From contig OZ316892.1 of NCBI GenBank assembly GCA_973895155.1, forward strand, positions 29,704,932 through 29,768,931: a stretch of 64,000 nt of DNA. Reading direction: 5' to 3'. The DNA is from Marsupella aquatica. Taxonomy: Eukaryota > Plantae > Marchantiophyta. Below the pieces are notes generated by a model that did not search any database, had not been told where the DNA came from, and saw only the letters and a program-made list of their open reading frames with translations. Below, piece by piece: positions 35,655-49,900 of this stretch. The position numbers were made by a program, and so were the translations under genes. The stretch's first letter is position 1, and each line of letters starts with the position of its first letter.

Positions 35655-36849
35655 TTGAAGCTGATTGACCATCAAAGTAACTGAACATCAATCCATATCA
35701 GCCAGATCTTCAAATGTCTTTAAGAATTGACTCTCAAGTTCCCTCTTGGGTGGGTATCATGCTTAAGAATCTTTGGATAATTTTCTCAAAAGTAGGATAT
35801 ATATCAACCGCGAGGGTGGAGTGGCCAAAAGAATTTAGATCAAATGGTAGACACCCATAGCAGAAAACGTCCGTAACAAAAGGAGAACAACTTTGTTAGT
35901 TTGGCCACTTTGTATTCGTATCATGGCACTTGTCACCAATTATTGTAGACGACCAATCAAATTTTTAAACCACTTCCAATCCAATTCGAAAAAACTTATT
36001 TCACATTTTTCTGTAAAATGTTTAAATATTCATTCAACTTTTCCCTATCTTTGACTTGTTTGATATCATAAATTGTTTATTTAACATCACAATACTTGTG
36101 AGTTTAGGGTAAATTGGGTGTACATGGATCAGGAGATAGGGCCCGTTCCAGACCCAGTGAAGTTCAGACCGAGGAGTCAAATACTTTACAAAAACATTTG
36201 CCTGCGACTTTCCTTCACCTGACTGCTCTGATCGGTCCTTCAAACTGAAGATGGCGTTTTTATCTGTAGACCTCGGCAGAATCGCAGACAGAGAGAATGC
36301 TTTTCCGTGAATTGCAGAGTGTTAGTTTCTTTCGTTATATAATAGTTCACTTCCAAAATATCTATATAACGTTCAGTGTCGAAAGATTTCCTTCTGCCGG
36401 ACACCTTCGAGCGACTCAACAAGTTCCAGAATCTTCAAACTCCACTACAAGGACGTTGCTATCAATCAACAAGCTCAATATAATAGTTTTATGGATTTCA
36501 GTGGATACCCGTTAATTTCTTTAAGTGCTCTCCTCTGCTATTTCTCTTCTGCAACCTCATCATCTTGATCAGGTTCAATCAGTCCGATTCACACCTTAGC
36601 AGTTGCGGGAACGAAGGGGAACTTTTTGAGATAGGGCCTGAGTTGCAATTACAGTCAGAGGGAACAGGTTATGTGCCACTGAAGTGATGCTCCTCGAACT
36701 CCATTAGAGCTCTTGTGCAGAATTGTACATTCGAATACCTTATGTTTTCAGATTGGGCTAAGTCACAGCGATGAATTATTCTCGTGTGATCCCCAGAGAA
36801 GGGGGTCCTGAGCCAGTTATGTAATCGATGGGCATATGTGCTAAATCAT

Positions 36850-38252
36850 TTGTAATATGAAGCAAATCTACAGTAGAATCTGCAGACGATTGCTCGAGTA
36901 AATTGCGTACTGACTCGTAAACCTTCTCGTAGAGTTCTTGTTCAAATGTACTGTCTGTAAAATATCTTAGGAAATCTGCATACTAACGCCGATTTTCTCG
37001 ATAGCAGCACCAATAGCTTCCTTGGTAGCCTTCCTCAGGTTCTCAGCTGCGATCACAAATTGAACTGCTCCGCTCCCCTGAGTCCGGTGGCATTCAGTTG
37101 CCAGTGCTCAACATTGGCAGGAGCCACTTTTCAGGTGAGGTTTCCGGCTCGCTTTTACCATCTCTTTGTCTGGAGGATGATGTGGCAGCTTGGTCAATCT
37201 GACTTCGCACGTGTTGGAGGAGAACACTTTTGAAAGAAGCGTTTCTTCGCACTCTATCGGTGTACTGAGCTGGTGGAGTTGAAGCGTTCGTACAAGAAGT
37301 TTCAGTGCCCTTCCCCTCTGATGGCCTTTAAAAGCTTCAAAAATTCGAAACTTTAATTGGAGGCAATGAGCGACGCCATCAGTGCTGATTTACAAATACC
37401 GAATGATGGAGGAAGTTTCAGGCAGCTCAAATCTTTCAGTCTCGGCTACAACTCTTAAAAGGGAAAGACTCCTGATAATCTTGGTAACCTGTCTAATCTG
37501 AAGAGTCTGGATCTCCAGTACAACAATTTCGGGTACCTTTCCGAAAACTCTGGCCAAGTTGTCGCAGCTGAAGATTTCGAGCCTCCGATCGAACAATTTT
37601 AACGGGAGCATTCGGGGAGAGTTCTCCCAGCTGATCGAATAAGTTGGAGACCTTTCGTCTGAATCACAATAAGCTTAGGGGATCTCTCTCGCCGTGTCTC
37701 AGCAACTGCACCAACCTAATATATCTCTGGTACCGTACCTCCTGAGTTGGGGAATCTAACGAACCTTGTTGGGTTCTCTCTGTATGGCAATTATTTCAGT
37801 CAAAGTACTCCCCCAGAACTTATTACCTTTTCCTATTCCATAGGCGGTCGTTTCTTCTGTTGGAACGAATGGCGTCATTTCGTCGGAATTTCTCACGCGT
37901 TTGCATCGCCTCGATTTTTCATACATTGAGACTAAAATTTGTCAGTGACATCTAGACCAGTTACTTACTCTAGACTCAATGTCCTCCGAGACCCAAAGAC
38001 AAGAGCAGCATGTGATGGGAACCCATCTTTCGACGGACGTTCATAATTATGTAGAGCGCGAGCATGGACCAATCTTCAAAGTGAGAAATTTGTGCCAAGG
38101 AAGGAGAACGGAAATTAAATTAATACATGGAGTTGCTGGGTCAGTCCCCGGTCAGTTCGTAGACGAGAAAAGAAACCGTCAGGAATCATTCACTTGTATA
38201 AAGTCAGGTGGCAATAAGGAGCAGTATGTAAGACAGCCACATATACAACTCA

Positions 38253-38293
<41 letters not shown>

Positions 38294-40700
38294 AGCTCTG
38301 GCCCACTGTTGAGACTCTTGCAATGAGCTAGAGAGCATAGATTATCGTTGGCACGGGGTTAGATTCACTACAGTAGTTTACAACCTGTCAATGGAATATC
38401 AAACTATTGAGGGAAGACTCTGAACGCAACTGAAATTCACTGGTGCCGGTGCCTGGAAGGAGATGCAGTTCCCTCGAAGATTCATGAGAAAATATGGACA
38501 CTGAAAGATGCGGTTCTTTATTGACGGCCGGCCTGCGGTCCTGGATATATATGGAGGTCCTCCCCAATTGGTTTAAACGAACTCAACACCTGCCTCACAG
38601 TCTATGCAGGACACAGTGCACTACTGTAGCTAGCCCCAGTGACCTCCTCTGACTTATGGTCATATTTCCGAAGCGTCCGGGCAGCACTCTGATGGAAAGT
38701 TCTGCGTTCCCGTGAATTCTACGCGTCCAGACGTTATCATGATCATCACTTTTGCGGCAGATGTTTTTATGGGACTGAATTTTCTCATACGCAGGAGTCA
38801 AAAGGAGATGTGTCTTCGACGGAGTTAAAGTAGGCGCCTGGCTATGACAAGAGTGATCGAGATTCTGCACTCGCTAGAGTGCTTCGATTTTCCCAATTTT
38901 CTCAATTGAGCACCCGTTCGATCAGCTGGATAGAGGTTCAAGGGATTTCTTCAATCGCATCAGGGTTCCTTTTGCTCACATACTACCAATTCAAGATCGC
39001 GAGCGGGGGTCTGTAGATCCACCACATCGGAGCGCCTAGTTCGTCAGGCCACACTCTGGAAAGGTGAGAGCTTGATCTCTCTCTCTCTGCCCTCTGAGCT
39101 CTCTTGCTACGTAAACCTTTACATCATTCTGTCAGACTGAACGTGGATCTAGCGCAGCCTGTCCAACAATCCAGATATGTTAAAGATTTCAGTCCTTCCG
39201 GGCCCCCCGGTATGTTGTGAGATTTTCAGAGCTTGCAGCGGCTGGTTCCTTGCCTTTCCTTTAGTTGTCACTCTCTCTCGGGATCTGTTCTCGCTTCTAT
39301 CAGGCTGCGCGCCCTCCGCTCAGGTGTTTCAGTGGCGGTGGGTGCTGTGCTTAGCGTTTCCATTTTCAGCAGCGGTCGGGTTCTGCTTCGACCCAGCGAC
39401 TAAGTTTCCAGTCCATCGATCTCCATGCTCGCAGTGGCCACTGATCGAGTACAGTACTGGGTCCCGTCGTCCGAGAAGGTTGCAAATTTCAAGATTGAAG
39501 GTGTGAAGTAAGTGAGACCCTCATCATTCAGTCATGCTTAATCATGCTAGTCCAGTGACTTGCCGTGTGAATGACATGCTTAATTGTGCGCCTCTGCCCA
39601 AGCTAACCTTACTCTCAAGAACCTTCCGTTATACTCCCATGCCAAATTTTGAATTGCACCGAAGGAGTCAAGGTGAACACTGGTGGGACTGGGATGGATG
39701 GGATGGGACGGGCTGGTATCGAGCATGAGAAAATTGATTTCAATTGTGGAGGGCTTTCTTTGTTGCCTGTGTGGGTTGGGTTTGATCGGAGTACTCAGAG
39801 CTGCGACCAGTTTGGTGTGTGCGGGCCTTAAACTCTCGTCCTAAACGACACTAAAAGCCCCCACAAAAGCTCGAGCCCCTCTAAAAATTAAAGTCGCTTC
39901 CCATAGTGGTGCATGATCCAGCTAAATCACACGAATCAGCTCAACTAGATTTAAGTTTGTGAACTTGTCATTTTACCTCAACTGCTGGCCTTAGCCCCTG
40001 GGCCGTATCCACTCAACACCGCCGCTTCATGACCTCTCCATACCTCTCCATTAGTGTTCTAGTGGACAGCTCTGTCTCAGCTAAGTTCCTGAGTTCTGTG
40101 TGCAGAGACGATGTAAATTTGGCCCAGAGTTTCTCGTGATTGACGTGTGCTTGGCTACAGCTGCCGTCGTTGAATGGGTACGTTCCTTCAAAATCCAGCA
40201 GCAGCCAAGCTGTGATTTTCGGTCTAGAGGACGACTTTTTCGATGGCTGTGCGAATACCAAAATCTCCATATTAGCGGATTGACAGTGTCAATACAGTCT
40301 GGGGTATCAATTTTTCACCGCAATCTAGCTTCCCAGCATCAAATTGTCGATTGTCTTGCTTGCTTGTATTTGCCGATTAAGGGCATCTGCTAGGCTGTGG
40401 TGGTTCAGCGAAGGCAGATCCGAACATTAACATTTTAGATGGTCCTCTCAGGATTGAAACACAAATGTATCTTGAATGTCACTCAATCTGCTGGGACCTT
40501 TGATAGCACTGTGTGATTATGGGTTTGAGAGGTTCTAAAGTCCGGAATTCGCAAGGCAGGAATTTGGAGGAGAAAACTACTACTAGAGATGATTGGGGAA
40601 GAAACTGAATTTTTCTATTATTGGAGCCAGGATAGGGCAGACAAAACTCATAGCAATGCTATCACTATTGTTGGTAGTTGCAGTGGAATATTGGGGGCCT
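36850..40700 (+). pseudogene. Decayed LRR/malectin-like ectodomain, copy 2
   Basis: LRR remnants GYNS*KGKTPDNLGNLSNLKSLDLQYNN (~37444-37525) and GTVPPELGNLTNLVGFSLYGN (~37730); VKVNTGG (~39668); many stops and frameshifts. Confidence 0.75.
38255..38291. repeat. (TA)n microsatellite
   Basis: tatatata... run. Confidence 0.95.
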
Positions 40701-40708
40701 GTTCAAGC

Positions 40709-43700
40709 ATGTGGAACCTGTGGAAGAAATGGAAGAAAGTTCAAGCTTTGCATAAATTTGAAGGTAAATCTGAGATCAAGCTAGTGACATGTTCTTCACT
40801 AGTATTTTTAATTACATTTTCTAACTTTTGTTTACAATGTTGTAGTATTCAAATCATGTAAATTCCTGTCCGACGTATAATTTCTATGCTTGAAGCACTC
40901 AGTACTACTGCCCATTCACGAGCTGATAAGATGACTTGAGAACTGGATTTGATTTGATTCAACCAAGTTGAAATCTGCTTAACACAATCTACTCTGAATA
41001 GGCTTGGCAGGTCGTGATGTGCAGCCTGTGCTCTATGAGTACAATGACCTTAAACTCGCTACGAGTAATTTTCACAATGACAATTGCATTGGGGACCGTG
41101 GGTTTTCCAAAGTTTACAAGGTGAGATTTGCCAGCTTAATTAACTCACTATTTATTTAAATAGGTCTTGCATGTATTACCACGGATATTAAGAGCATGAT
41201 TTGTCCTTGAACATCATTCTCCTCTAAGGTTACGCAAGTCATTTAGTATTGTTGCTACATAGGGGTGATTGGTGGAGCCAAGCCAAATAACTTTGTTGGA
41301 AAGTTATAAAATAAGGAGGAAACATAAATACATGAATTCCAACTAACTAAAAGATTTGGATAAAGCATGTTCACTCTAAATGCCTTCCTATTTGAACTCA
41401 TAGATGTAACTTATGTTGTCATATCATACTCTAATGCATTCTTTAAATGATTTTATAAAATAATGGAAGGGCCTACAAAATTCCAAACGTTGAATGGGGG
41501 AGAAATGAGGGCCAGCAGTCTCAGACTGAGGGGTAAGGAGGCCCCGGCCAGGGGAGAGTCATAAATATTTTAAAGTAAACCTAACGAAAACGAAAGGCAT
41601 CACTATTGTGTAGCACATTGGTGCTGGTCTTCCTTTGAGACTGAGAGGTTCAGGACTAAAGACTTGCCCTGCAATTACATTTTGATTAAGATGGAGGGCT
41701 AGGTAAAGGACATATTATTCACATCAAATCAAACACAATTTGATTTAATGAACAAGTATAGTTACATAATATATCTCAAATTAATATTTTCTGGCAACTA
41801 ATGATAATGAATCATGATTCTTTTGAGCAAGAAAGGGTGAGCAGAATATTTTGACAGTATCACTGGAAGGAGGAATATATCCAAACCAATGTACAAATAC
41901 ACTTAGAGATGACCTCACCCCCAAGCAAGGGGGGAATTGGAAGGTAATAGTTGTGCTACTGCTTCACGATGACAATATGGATGTTAAAGTCACTTCCAAT
42001 GTGTAAGCAAATAAAATTATATCAGGTTAATAAAGGCCTGAGGCTAGACAAGTCTACAAGAGGCTAATGTACAGGTGACAATCGTGTCTCAAGTTTGTGA
42101 TTGATTATATAGCATTATTGCATATCAATTATTTACTTCAATGCTACTGGGAGTAACAAATAAACGTGGGTAAATGAAGCAAATCTGAGTTTAGTGTGCC
42201 ATGTGACTCTCTTACATGTGTTTAGGGAGTGTTTAAAGACGGGACAGTGCTAGCAGTGGAGAAGCCAACAGATTCTTCAGAATCACAAGGCTTGGGTGAT
42301 TTTTTGAATGAGGTGATGCTAATCACCGGCATCAGGCATAGAAACTTGGTTCAACTGAAAGGATGTTGTATTAAAGCGAAGCAGCACATACTTGTTTATG
42401 AATATGTGGAAAATGGAAACCTGGGAGAAGTACTATGGGACCAGCCATGTCGTAAGTTTCATACTCCTTTCCAGTGAATTGTAGTTCCATTCTTACTGGG
42501 CTTCCAAATGTTGCATATTTTGGTCTTCCAATTGTTACATATTTTGTAGTGTTTGCCCCAATTCATGGCTGATGGACTATGAGATAATATTTTATAACTC
42601 GTTTTCACTCGATTTCTGTTCTGTTGTAAGTTTGCCCAACTCTGAGCGCGATAGACATGGTATGAAGCAGATGGATTGTTCAGTGTTATATATGTTAGTA
42701 TAAGTTAAAATGATTACATTTTGAGATGCATGAATTATGTGAGTCATGATTATGTTTGGTCCCCGGAGAATGAGCCACGTCCGGATGGCAAACAGAATAT
42801 TCTCTAATTGGCAAACAGAATATTCTCTAATTTCAACATCTTTCTCCCTAATTTTCTCCACGGGTGCAGCGTCAAATGGAGGATTGAACTGGGAGAATCG
42901 TTTCAACATATGTGTGGGGGTTGCTCGAGGTCTTTCCTATCTTCATGAAGGGTTAGAACCATCAATTATCCATGGAGATATAAAGCCATGTAACATTCGT
43001 TTGGATATGGATCTTAACCCCAAAATTTGTGACTTTGGCCTAGCAAAGAGTATCCCAGATGGATCAAGTGAAGACTACACAATTGCAGGGACTCTGTAAG
43101 TTGAGTTGTTTAGGGTCTTCTTATTTCTAGATTGAGCTTAAGTTCTAGATAAAAACTCTTTTTATTCATGCTACAACTAATAACTGATTCAAAAGCATAG
43201 CTAGTCCATGATCTACTTAAAAAGCTTCAACAGACACAATTTGTGAAACCCGTCTCATCAAGTCAAGGAAAAATGCACCAGAATCCATGTCAAACTATTG
43301 TTGATCGTGTTCATAATTGTTTGGGTGTGATTTGGATGTAGCGGATACATAGCTCCAGAATATGTGTATACTGGCCAGCGTTCAACGAAAGTGGATGTTT
43401 ATAGCTATGGCATTGTTGTTTTCGCGGTTCTTTCTGGAAGGAAGGCCTTCACCGTGTCTTACAACTCTCCACCTTTCGAGTACCTTGCAAGCTGGGTATG
43501 GTCTTACTTTTTTAAAATTTGCAACTTATGGATTGCTAGAAGTTCAAGTTCAAGTTGATCTTATCTAGGAAAACTCATAGTACTATTCCAGGTAATGAAG
43601 TTGCAGTAACTCATGGACGGGTTGTGTTTAAGAACTCAGGTGCATACCTGTATTTTTTCCATTTACAGTCAAATGTGGTGACCATTATTCGGTGCATGCG

Positions 43701-44438
43701 GGGCACTGCTAGTAGGTTCTAGTTTTCACTCTCTCCTATTATTTCTGCTGAATTTTCAATTCTAGTTTTCAGCTTTTTTGGCAAATAGATCTGGTACCCG
43801 ACCACTTGACAGCACCAGTTCTGGACTGTTTCAGATTTGCGTACTTTCGCTAATAATGAATACAGTTCATCAAGGCCAGACTAGATTCACGGGGGTTTCC
43901 CCCAATATTACATATGTTCGTTCAGCTAGAGGTAGTCTATTGGCAATGCATGGAAAACATAAATTATGGAGACCTTAAAAGTTGTTGATTTGATGGAACG
44001 GCTGCAACATTATTCATTTGATTTGGGCAGAAATTATTGGCTATGTACCTTTACAAGGAAAATTTGGTTCAGTTTCTAACTTAGTTTACTTGATTGTGTG
44101 TGTAGGTTGAAAAGAAGCAAAACGAGGGGTTATTCCTGGAGATCTTGCAACCCGAGTTGAGAGAGAACTGTGTACGAGCTGAAGTAGTGAGAGCCATCAA
44201 TGTTGGTCTGTTATGTATACAAGAAGATCCAACAAGGCGCCCATTAATGTCTCAAGTAGTAAACATGCTCTTGGGAAGTATAGATATACCAACAAGCCGC
44301 CCATCAACCTCTCAAGTCGTAAACACGGTGGGAAGTACGGATACAGTACAAGAGCATGAAAATGACCAACCTGATTTGGAAGACCCATCGACTGAAGGTA
44401 AGATTAAATATCGATGTGAACCCTCTCAATTCTCATGA
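40709..44438 (+). CDS. Receptor-like (pseudo)kinase cytoplasmic domain, copy 2
   Basis: Same exon structure as copy 1; G-loop GDRGFS, AVEK, HGDIKPCNI, DFGLAKS and APEY present; no stop noticed in exons. Expression unknown. Confidence 0.7.
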
Positions 44439-45035
44439 TGGAAGAAGGCTTTTTTGTCGTCAAGAAAATTAATGTGAGTGATCACTCGGGTCATTTCTCA
44501 TCGCATCTGTGATGTAAGAAGCGTCCTCATATCTAAGCTCTCACTGAGAAAGAGAACTCAACAGTGACAGAGGCTGGAGTGAAGGTAGTGTGACTACTTG
44601 TGTTTGATTTTGAAATACATATCATACATATCATGCAATACCTTGTGCAAAACAAATTAGAAACATTATGCTCAGGTCTGGGGACAGCTAGTTGTGGGTG
44701 CGTGGGGATGCTGTGAGTAGTGAAGAATACCGAATGTCGACTTGAATGGATGTGCCACACAAAATTCAAGTACGCGATGTGTTTCCGGTCAGCAAAACGG
44801 AATGCGCAGAGTCTGTATTTCCGCATTATCTTTGTTTTGAGCTTCTGTGGAATTGAAACGACTCGATTCATTTGAGTCTTCAAGTACTTTTTTACAATTG
44901 TTCAGGACGGCTGAAAGTTATTAGTAAGTACAAAGCTTAGACAGGTTGACGTACTGTGGGAAGGGTGGAAATCTGGAATGACCGATATTCGTTCCCAGCC
45001 TTTTTCTTGTGGAAATATTGATTGTGCATTTGCGC

Positions 45036-45569
45036 ATGGTTGCAGATGACTTGGACGATTTATATAGTGACCCGATCACTGAGGAGACTATGTGCGACCC
45101 TGTAAGCTGCTCTGATGGCCGGACTTATTGTCGATGAACTCTGATCGACAATGGAATGACCAGGTCACCATATGACAGGACCAAACTGACTATCTATTGT
45201 GATGACATCACTGCAAGGTCAAGATTATTTAGAGCCATTCCAGAACAAGAATCAAAGTTTCGGCAGCGTCGAAACAAACATCGAGAGGAGGCCCTGCAGC
45301 ACGCACGCACTGATCCAGTCGAGTTGGAGTGCGCCATAGAGAAGCTGAACGACGTTCTCTTGTGGGACCGTGGAGATACTGAATGTCGGAATGAGCTTGC
45401 TCGTGTTCTAAGTCTTGTTTGTGAAACATTTCCTGAACCATCGCTTTTGGATACAATTCCTGAGGTGATGCACGAAGATGTGATACGAGCTAGACTTGAT
45501 AGCGAAGGAGCTCTCGTTCTTAAATTCTTGGTGGTATTTTATATTGCAATCTGGACGTTCATAATCTAG
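45036..45569 (+). pseudogene. U-box/TM protein copy 2 with premature stop
   Basis: TGG>TGA at 45135-45137 relative to copies 1 and 3. Confidence 0.8.
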
Positions 45570-46086
45570 TAGATTCCAGGCACAGAGTAAATTAATGCAG
45601 ATCTTTGACCAAGTTATCGTAAACAGTGGGGAAGACTCTGGTTAATGATGACATTTGAGTAACGCTAAGAGTCTCTAGAAGTCCCGCTTCTATGGAGTAT
45701 CAAGACCCTGCATGAAGGGGAAGCGTCAAAATGGTGGGTATATCAAAATGCATTTCCTGACTCTAAGATTAAAGTCAACACTTGCATGAACATCCGGTTG
45801 CCGTCTCTCTCGTTGGATTTCCAGTATTTATCTTAGTTTTTGCAATCCTGAGTATTGATGGCTCTGTCGTTATTTTGATCGTCCTGAGTAGGAAGGCAGA
45901 AGCACCAGCAGCAGCTCCGATTTGACCGAAGGCAAGTCACTCACTTCCGTCCAGCACTCCAAGGATATAACTCATTGTACGTGGATAAATTGGGTATATA
46001 TATCGATGACGAGATATGGCCGGTTCCAGACCCAGTGAAGTTCAGACTGAGGAGTCAATATTGTACAAAAATATTTCCCGGTGACT

Positions 46087-46190
46087 GTGCGCTGAGAATC
46101 GTTGAAGTAGGCAGGCACTGTGATAACAGCCTTGGCCACCTTGTCGTTCAAAAATTTCGAAGCATCGTCGACGAGCTTCCTCAGCACCAG
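46087..46190 (-). pseudogene. ~100-bp fragment of plastid-type Hsp70/DnaK
   Basis: [34 protein letters not shown]. Confidence 0.9.
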
Positions 46191-46999
46191 CAGCAGGTCC
46201 GTTATGACCGAAGGCGAGACACTCAATTCCGTTCAGCAGTCCCAAGCATTGAACTCCCGATTGAACTCCAAGACATGTATAATCCAGAAATAAGTCATTG
46301 TACGTGGACAAATTGGGTATATATCGATCACGAGATATGGCCGGTTCCAGACCCAGTGAAGTTCAGACCGAGGAGTCAAATACTGTACAAAATTATTTGC
46401 CTGCGACTTTCCGTCATCTGACTGTTCTGATCGGTCCTTCAAAATGAAGGTGGCGTTGTTATCTGTAGACCTCGGCAGAATCTCAGACAGAATGCTTTTC
46501 CGTGAATTGCAGAGTCTTTGTTTCTTTCGTTAGATATATAGTTCACTTTCAAAATATATATTTAACGTTCAGTGTAGGAAGATTTCCTTCTGCTGGAAAC
46601 CTTCGAGCGACTCAACAAGCCAGAATCTTCAAACTCCAGTAGAAGGACGGTGCTATCAATCAAAAAGCGCAATACAGTAGTTTTATGGATTCCAGTGGAT
46701 CCCCTTAATTTCTTAAAGTGCTGTCCTCTGCAATTTCTCGTCTGCTTATCTTCTTGATCAGGTTCAATCAGTCCGATTCACACCTTAACAGTTGCGGGAA
46801 CGAAGGGGAACTTTTTGAGATAGGGCCTGAGTTGCAATTCCAGTCAGAGGGAACAGGTTATGTGCCACTGAAGTTATACTCCTCGAACTCCATTAGAGCT
46901 GTTGTGCAGAATTGTACATTCGAATACCTTATGTTTTCAGATTGGACTAAGTTACAGCGATGAATAATCTTCGTGTGATCCCCAGAAAAGGGGTCATGG

Positions 47000-49900
47000 G
47001 CCAGTTATGTAATCGATGGGCCAATTATGTAATCGATGGGCATATGTGCTAAATCATTTGTAATATGAAGCAAATCTACAGTAGAATCTGCAGACGACTG
47101 CTCGAGTAAGTTGCTTACTGACTCGTAAACCTTCTCGTAGGGTTCTTGTTCAAATGTACTGTCTGCCGATTTTCTGACGAGAAGAGAAGGTGATCTCTAG
47201 TCAGGGCACAGAGACAAAAGTTGATATCTAGGTAGGAGGACAGTTTGTAGCAAAAGTTGGAATAGGGTTGCCACTCAGTCGGAGGATCTGGGTTCACTTG
47301 CGGTCCTCTTCAGGCTGTCTTTCCTGGGTAGCTAGAAAGTAAAGTTTCGGGATCGATCACACGATGAAATGACGTCCACGCAGCTGCAAGCATTTTGAGC
47401 CAATGACAAACACTTGAAGAGTCTTTCCTCATTCTCACGGGACCATTATCAAGAGAGAGGGGACCTGCTGGCAACAAAGGTTGAAGCGGTGGGCTAGAGT
47501 AGGGGCCAGGTATATTATTATGCCAACTCGATCAGTCCTTGTGAGGGAGTTTTCGGGATGCCAGTCGACCTTGATGTGTTTCCCTGTTGAGGAGAAATCA
47601 CTACGGGCTGAAGAGAACTCATTAGGGGCAGCATGAGTTTAATGTGCCACTTCAGCAATCGTTGAAAGTTGATACTTCGGAATCAGTGAATTCTCGACCG
47701 TGTCAAGCGGGGCTAGTCCTTTTTTCAGGCTGGGCTGGTCTTTATATTGGTTGTTTTCTACGTTTGAAGCCTATAGTCCGGTCAACATAGCAACTCTCAT
47801 TCCGTCCACGGGAAGTCCCGGATCCTATCAACTCTGCATGACCGATGCTCTCTACTGACGTTCAAGAAGGTCCTGCTCAATGAGGGTGAACCTCGATTGG
47901 CTAGCTGAAGTACTAGTGCGGGTCATTGGAAAGAAGTGTCATGGAAAACAGCCGGGTCTGGAACCCGTTATACGGAGAAGTTGGAGCTTAGTGACTTTAG
48001 GCTCAATGGGACAGGCATAGCTCCTCTTTTGCGAAACGGCCTCACTAATCTGACCACTCTCAACATATCTGGCAGCCAGCTAGACCCTTTGAGAATATGT
48101 CCATCACTAGTTCTCGATAGCAGCACCAACAGCTTCCTTGGTAGCCTTCCTCAGGTTCTCAGCTGCGATTACACATTGAACTGCTCCGCTCCCCTGAGTC
48201 CGGTGGCGTTCAGATGCCAGTGCTCAACATTGGCAGGAGCCACTTTTCAGGTGAGGTTTCCGGCTCGCTGTTTCCATCTCTTTTGTCTGGAGGAAGATGT
48301 GGCAGCTTGGTCAATCTGACTTTGCACGTGTTGGAGGAGAACTCTTTTGAAGAAGCGTTTCTTCGCACTCTATCGGTAATTGTACTGAGCTGGTGGAGTT
48401 GAAGCTTTCGTACAAGAAGTTTTCAGTGCCCTTCCCCTCTGATGGCCTTTAAAAGCTTCAAAAATTCGAAACTTTGGAGGCAATGAGCGACGCTATCAGT
48501 GCTGATTTACAAATACCGAATGATGGAGGAAGTTTCGGGCAGCTCAAATCTTTCAGTCTCGGCTACAACTCTTAAAAGGGAAAGACTCCTGATAATCTTG
48601 GTAACCTGTCTAATCTGAAGAGTCTGGATCTCCAGTACAACAATCTTTCCGGTACCTTTCCGAAAACTCTGGCCAAGTTGTCGAAGCTGAGATTTCGAGC
48701 CTCCGATCGAACAATTTTAACGGGAGCATTCCGGAAGAGTTCTCCCAGCTGATCGAGTTGGAGACCTTTTGTCTGAATCACAGTAAGAGTAGGGGATCTC
48801 TCTCGCCGTATCTCAGCAACTGCACCAACCTAATCTATCTCTGGTACCGTACCTCCTGAGTTGGGGAATCTAACGAACCTTGTTGCGTTCTCTCTGTATG
48901 GCAATTATTTCAGTCAAAGTACTCCCCCAGAACTTATTAACTTTCCTATTCCATAGACGATCATTTCTTCTGTTGGAACGAATGGCGTCATTTTCGTCGG
49001 AGTTTCTCATGCGTTTGCATCGCCTCGATTTTTCATACCTTGAGACTAAAATTTGTCAATGACATCTATTACTCTAGACTCAATGTCCTCCGAGAAAATT
49101 AAAGACCCAAAGACGAGAGCAGCATGTGATGGGAACCCATCTTTCGACGGACGTTCATAATTATGTAGAGCGCGAGCATGGACCAATCTTCAAAGTGAGA
49201 AATTTGTGCCAAGTAAGAAGAACGGAAATTAAATTAATACATGGAGTTGCTGGGTTACGACAAAATAAACCTTCAGGAATCATTCACTGGTATAAGGTCA
49301 GGTGGCAATAAGGAGCAGTATGTAAGACAGCCACTGTACGTTGAGACTCTTGCAATGAGCTAGAGAGCATAGATTATCGTTGACACGGGGTTAGATTCAC
49401 TACAGTAGTTTAAAACCTGTCAATGGAATATCAAACTATTGAGGGAAGACTCTGAACGCAACCGAAAATCACTGGTGCCGGTGCCTGGAAGGAGATGCAG
49501 TTCCCTCGAAGATTCATGAGAAAATATGGACACTGAAAGATGCGGTTCTTTACTTAAAGTCAGGGCCTACTGTTCAACCCCACTGATCAAACTCTCGCCA
49601 ATATTAAGCTGAAGCGTAGAAGTAAGTCTGTAAACGTAGAGTGGAAGTTGCCGGCCGGCCTGCGGTCCTGGATATGGAGGTCGTCCCCAATTGGTTTGAA
49701 CGAACTCAACACCTGCCTCACAGTCTATGCTGGACACAGTGCACTAGCTAGCCCCAGTGACCTCCTCTCTGACCCACGGTCATATTTCCGAAGCGTCCGG
49801 GCAGCACTCTGATGGAAAGTTTAGGGTCAACTTTCCTAAGTCTGAACGCGTTATCATGATCATCACTTTTGCAGCATATGTTTTTATGGCACTGAATTTT

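Noticed and set aside
45972-46226. Hsp70 gene
   Set aside because: Only ~34 codons match Hsp70; the rest of the ORF is module sequence.
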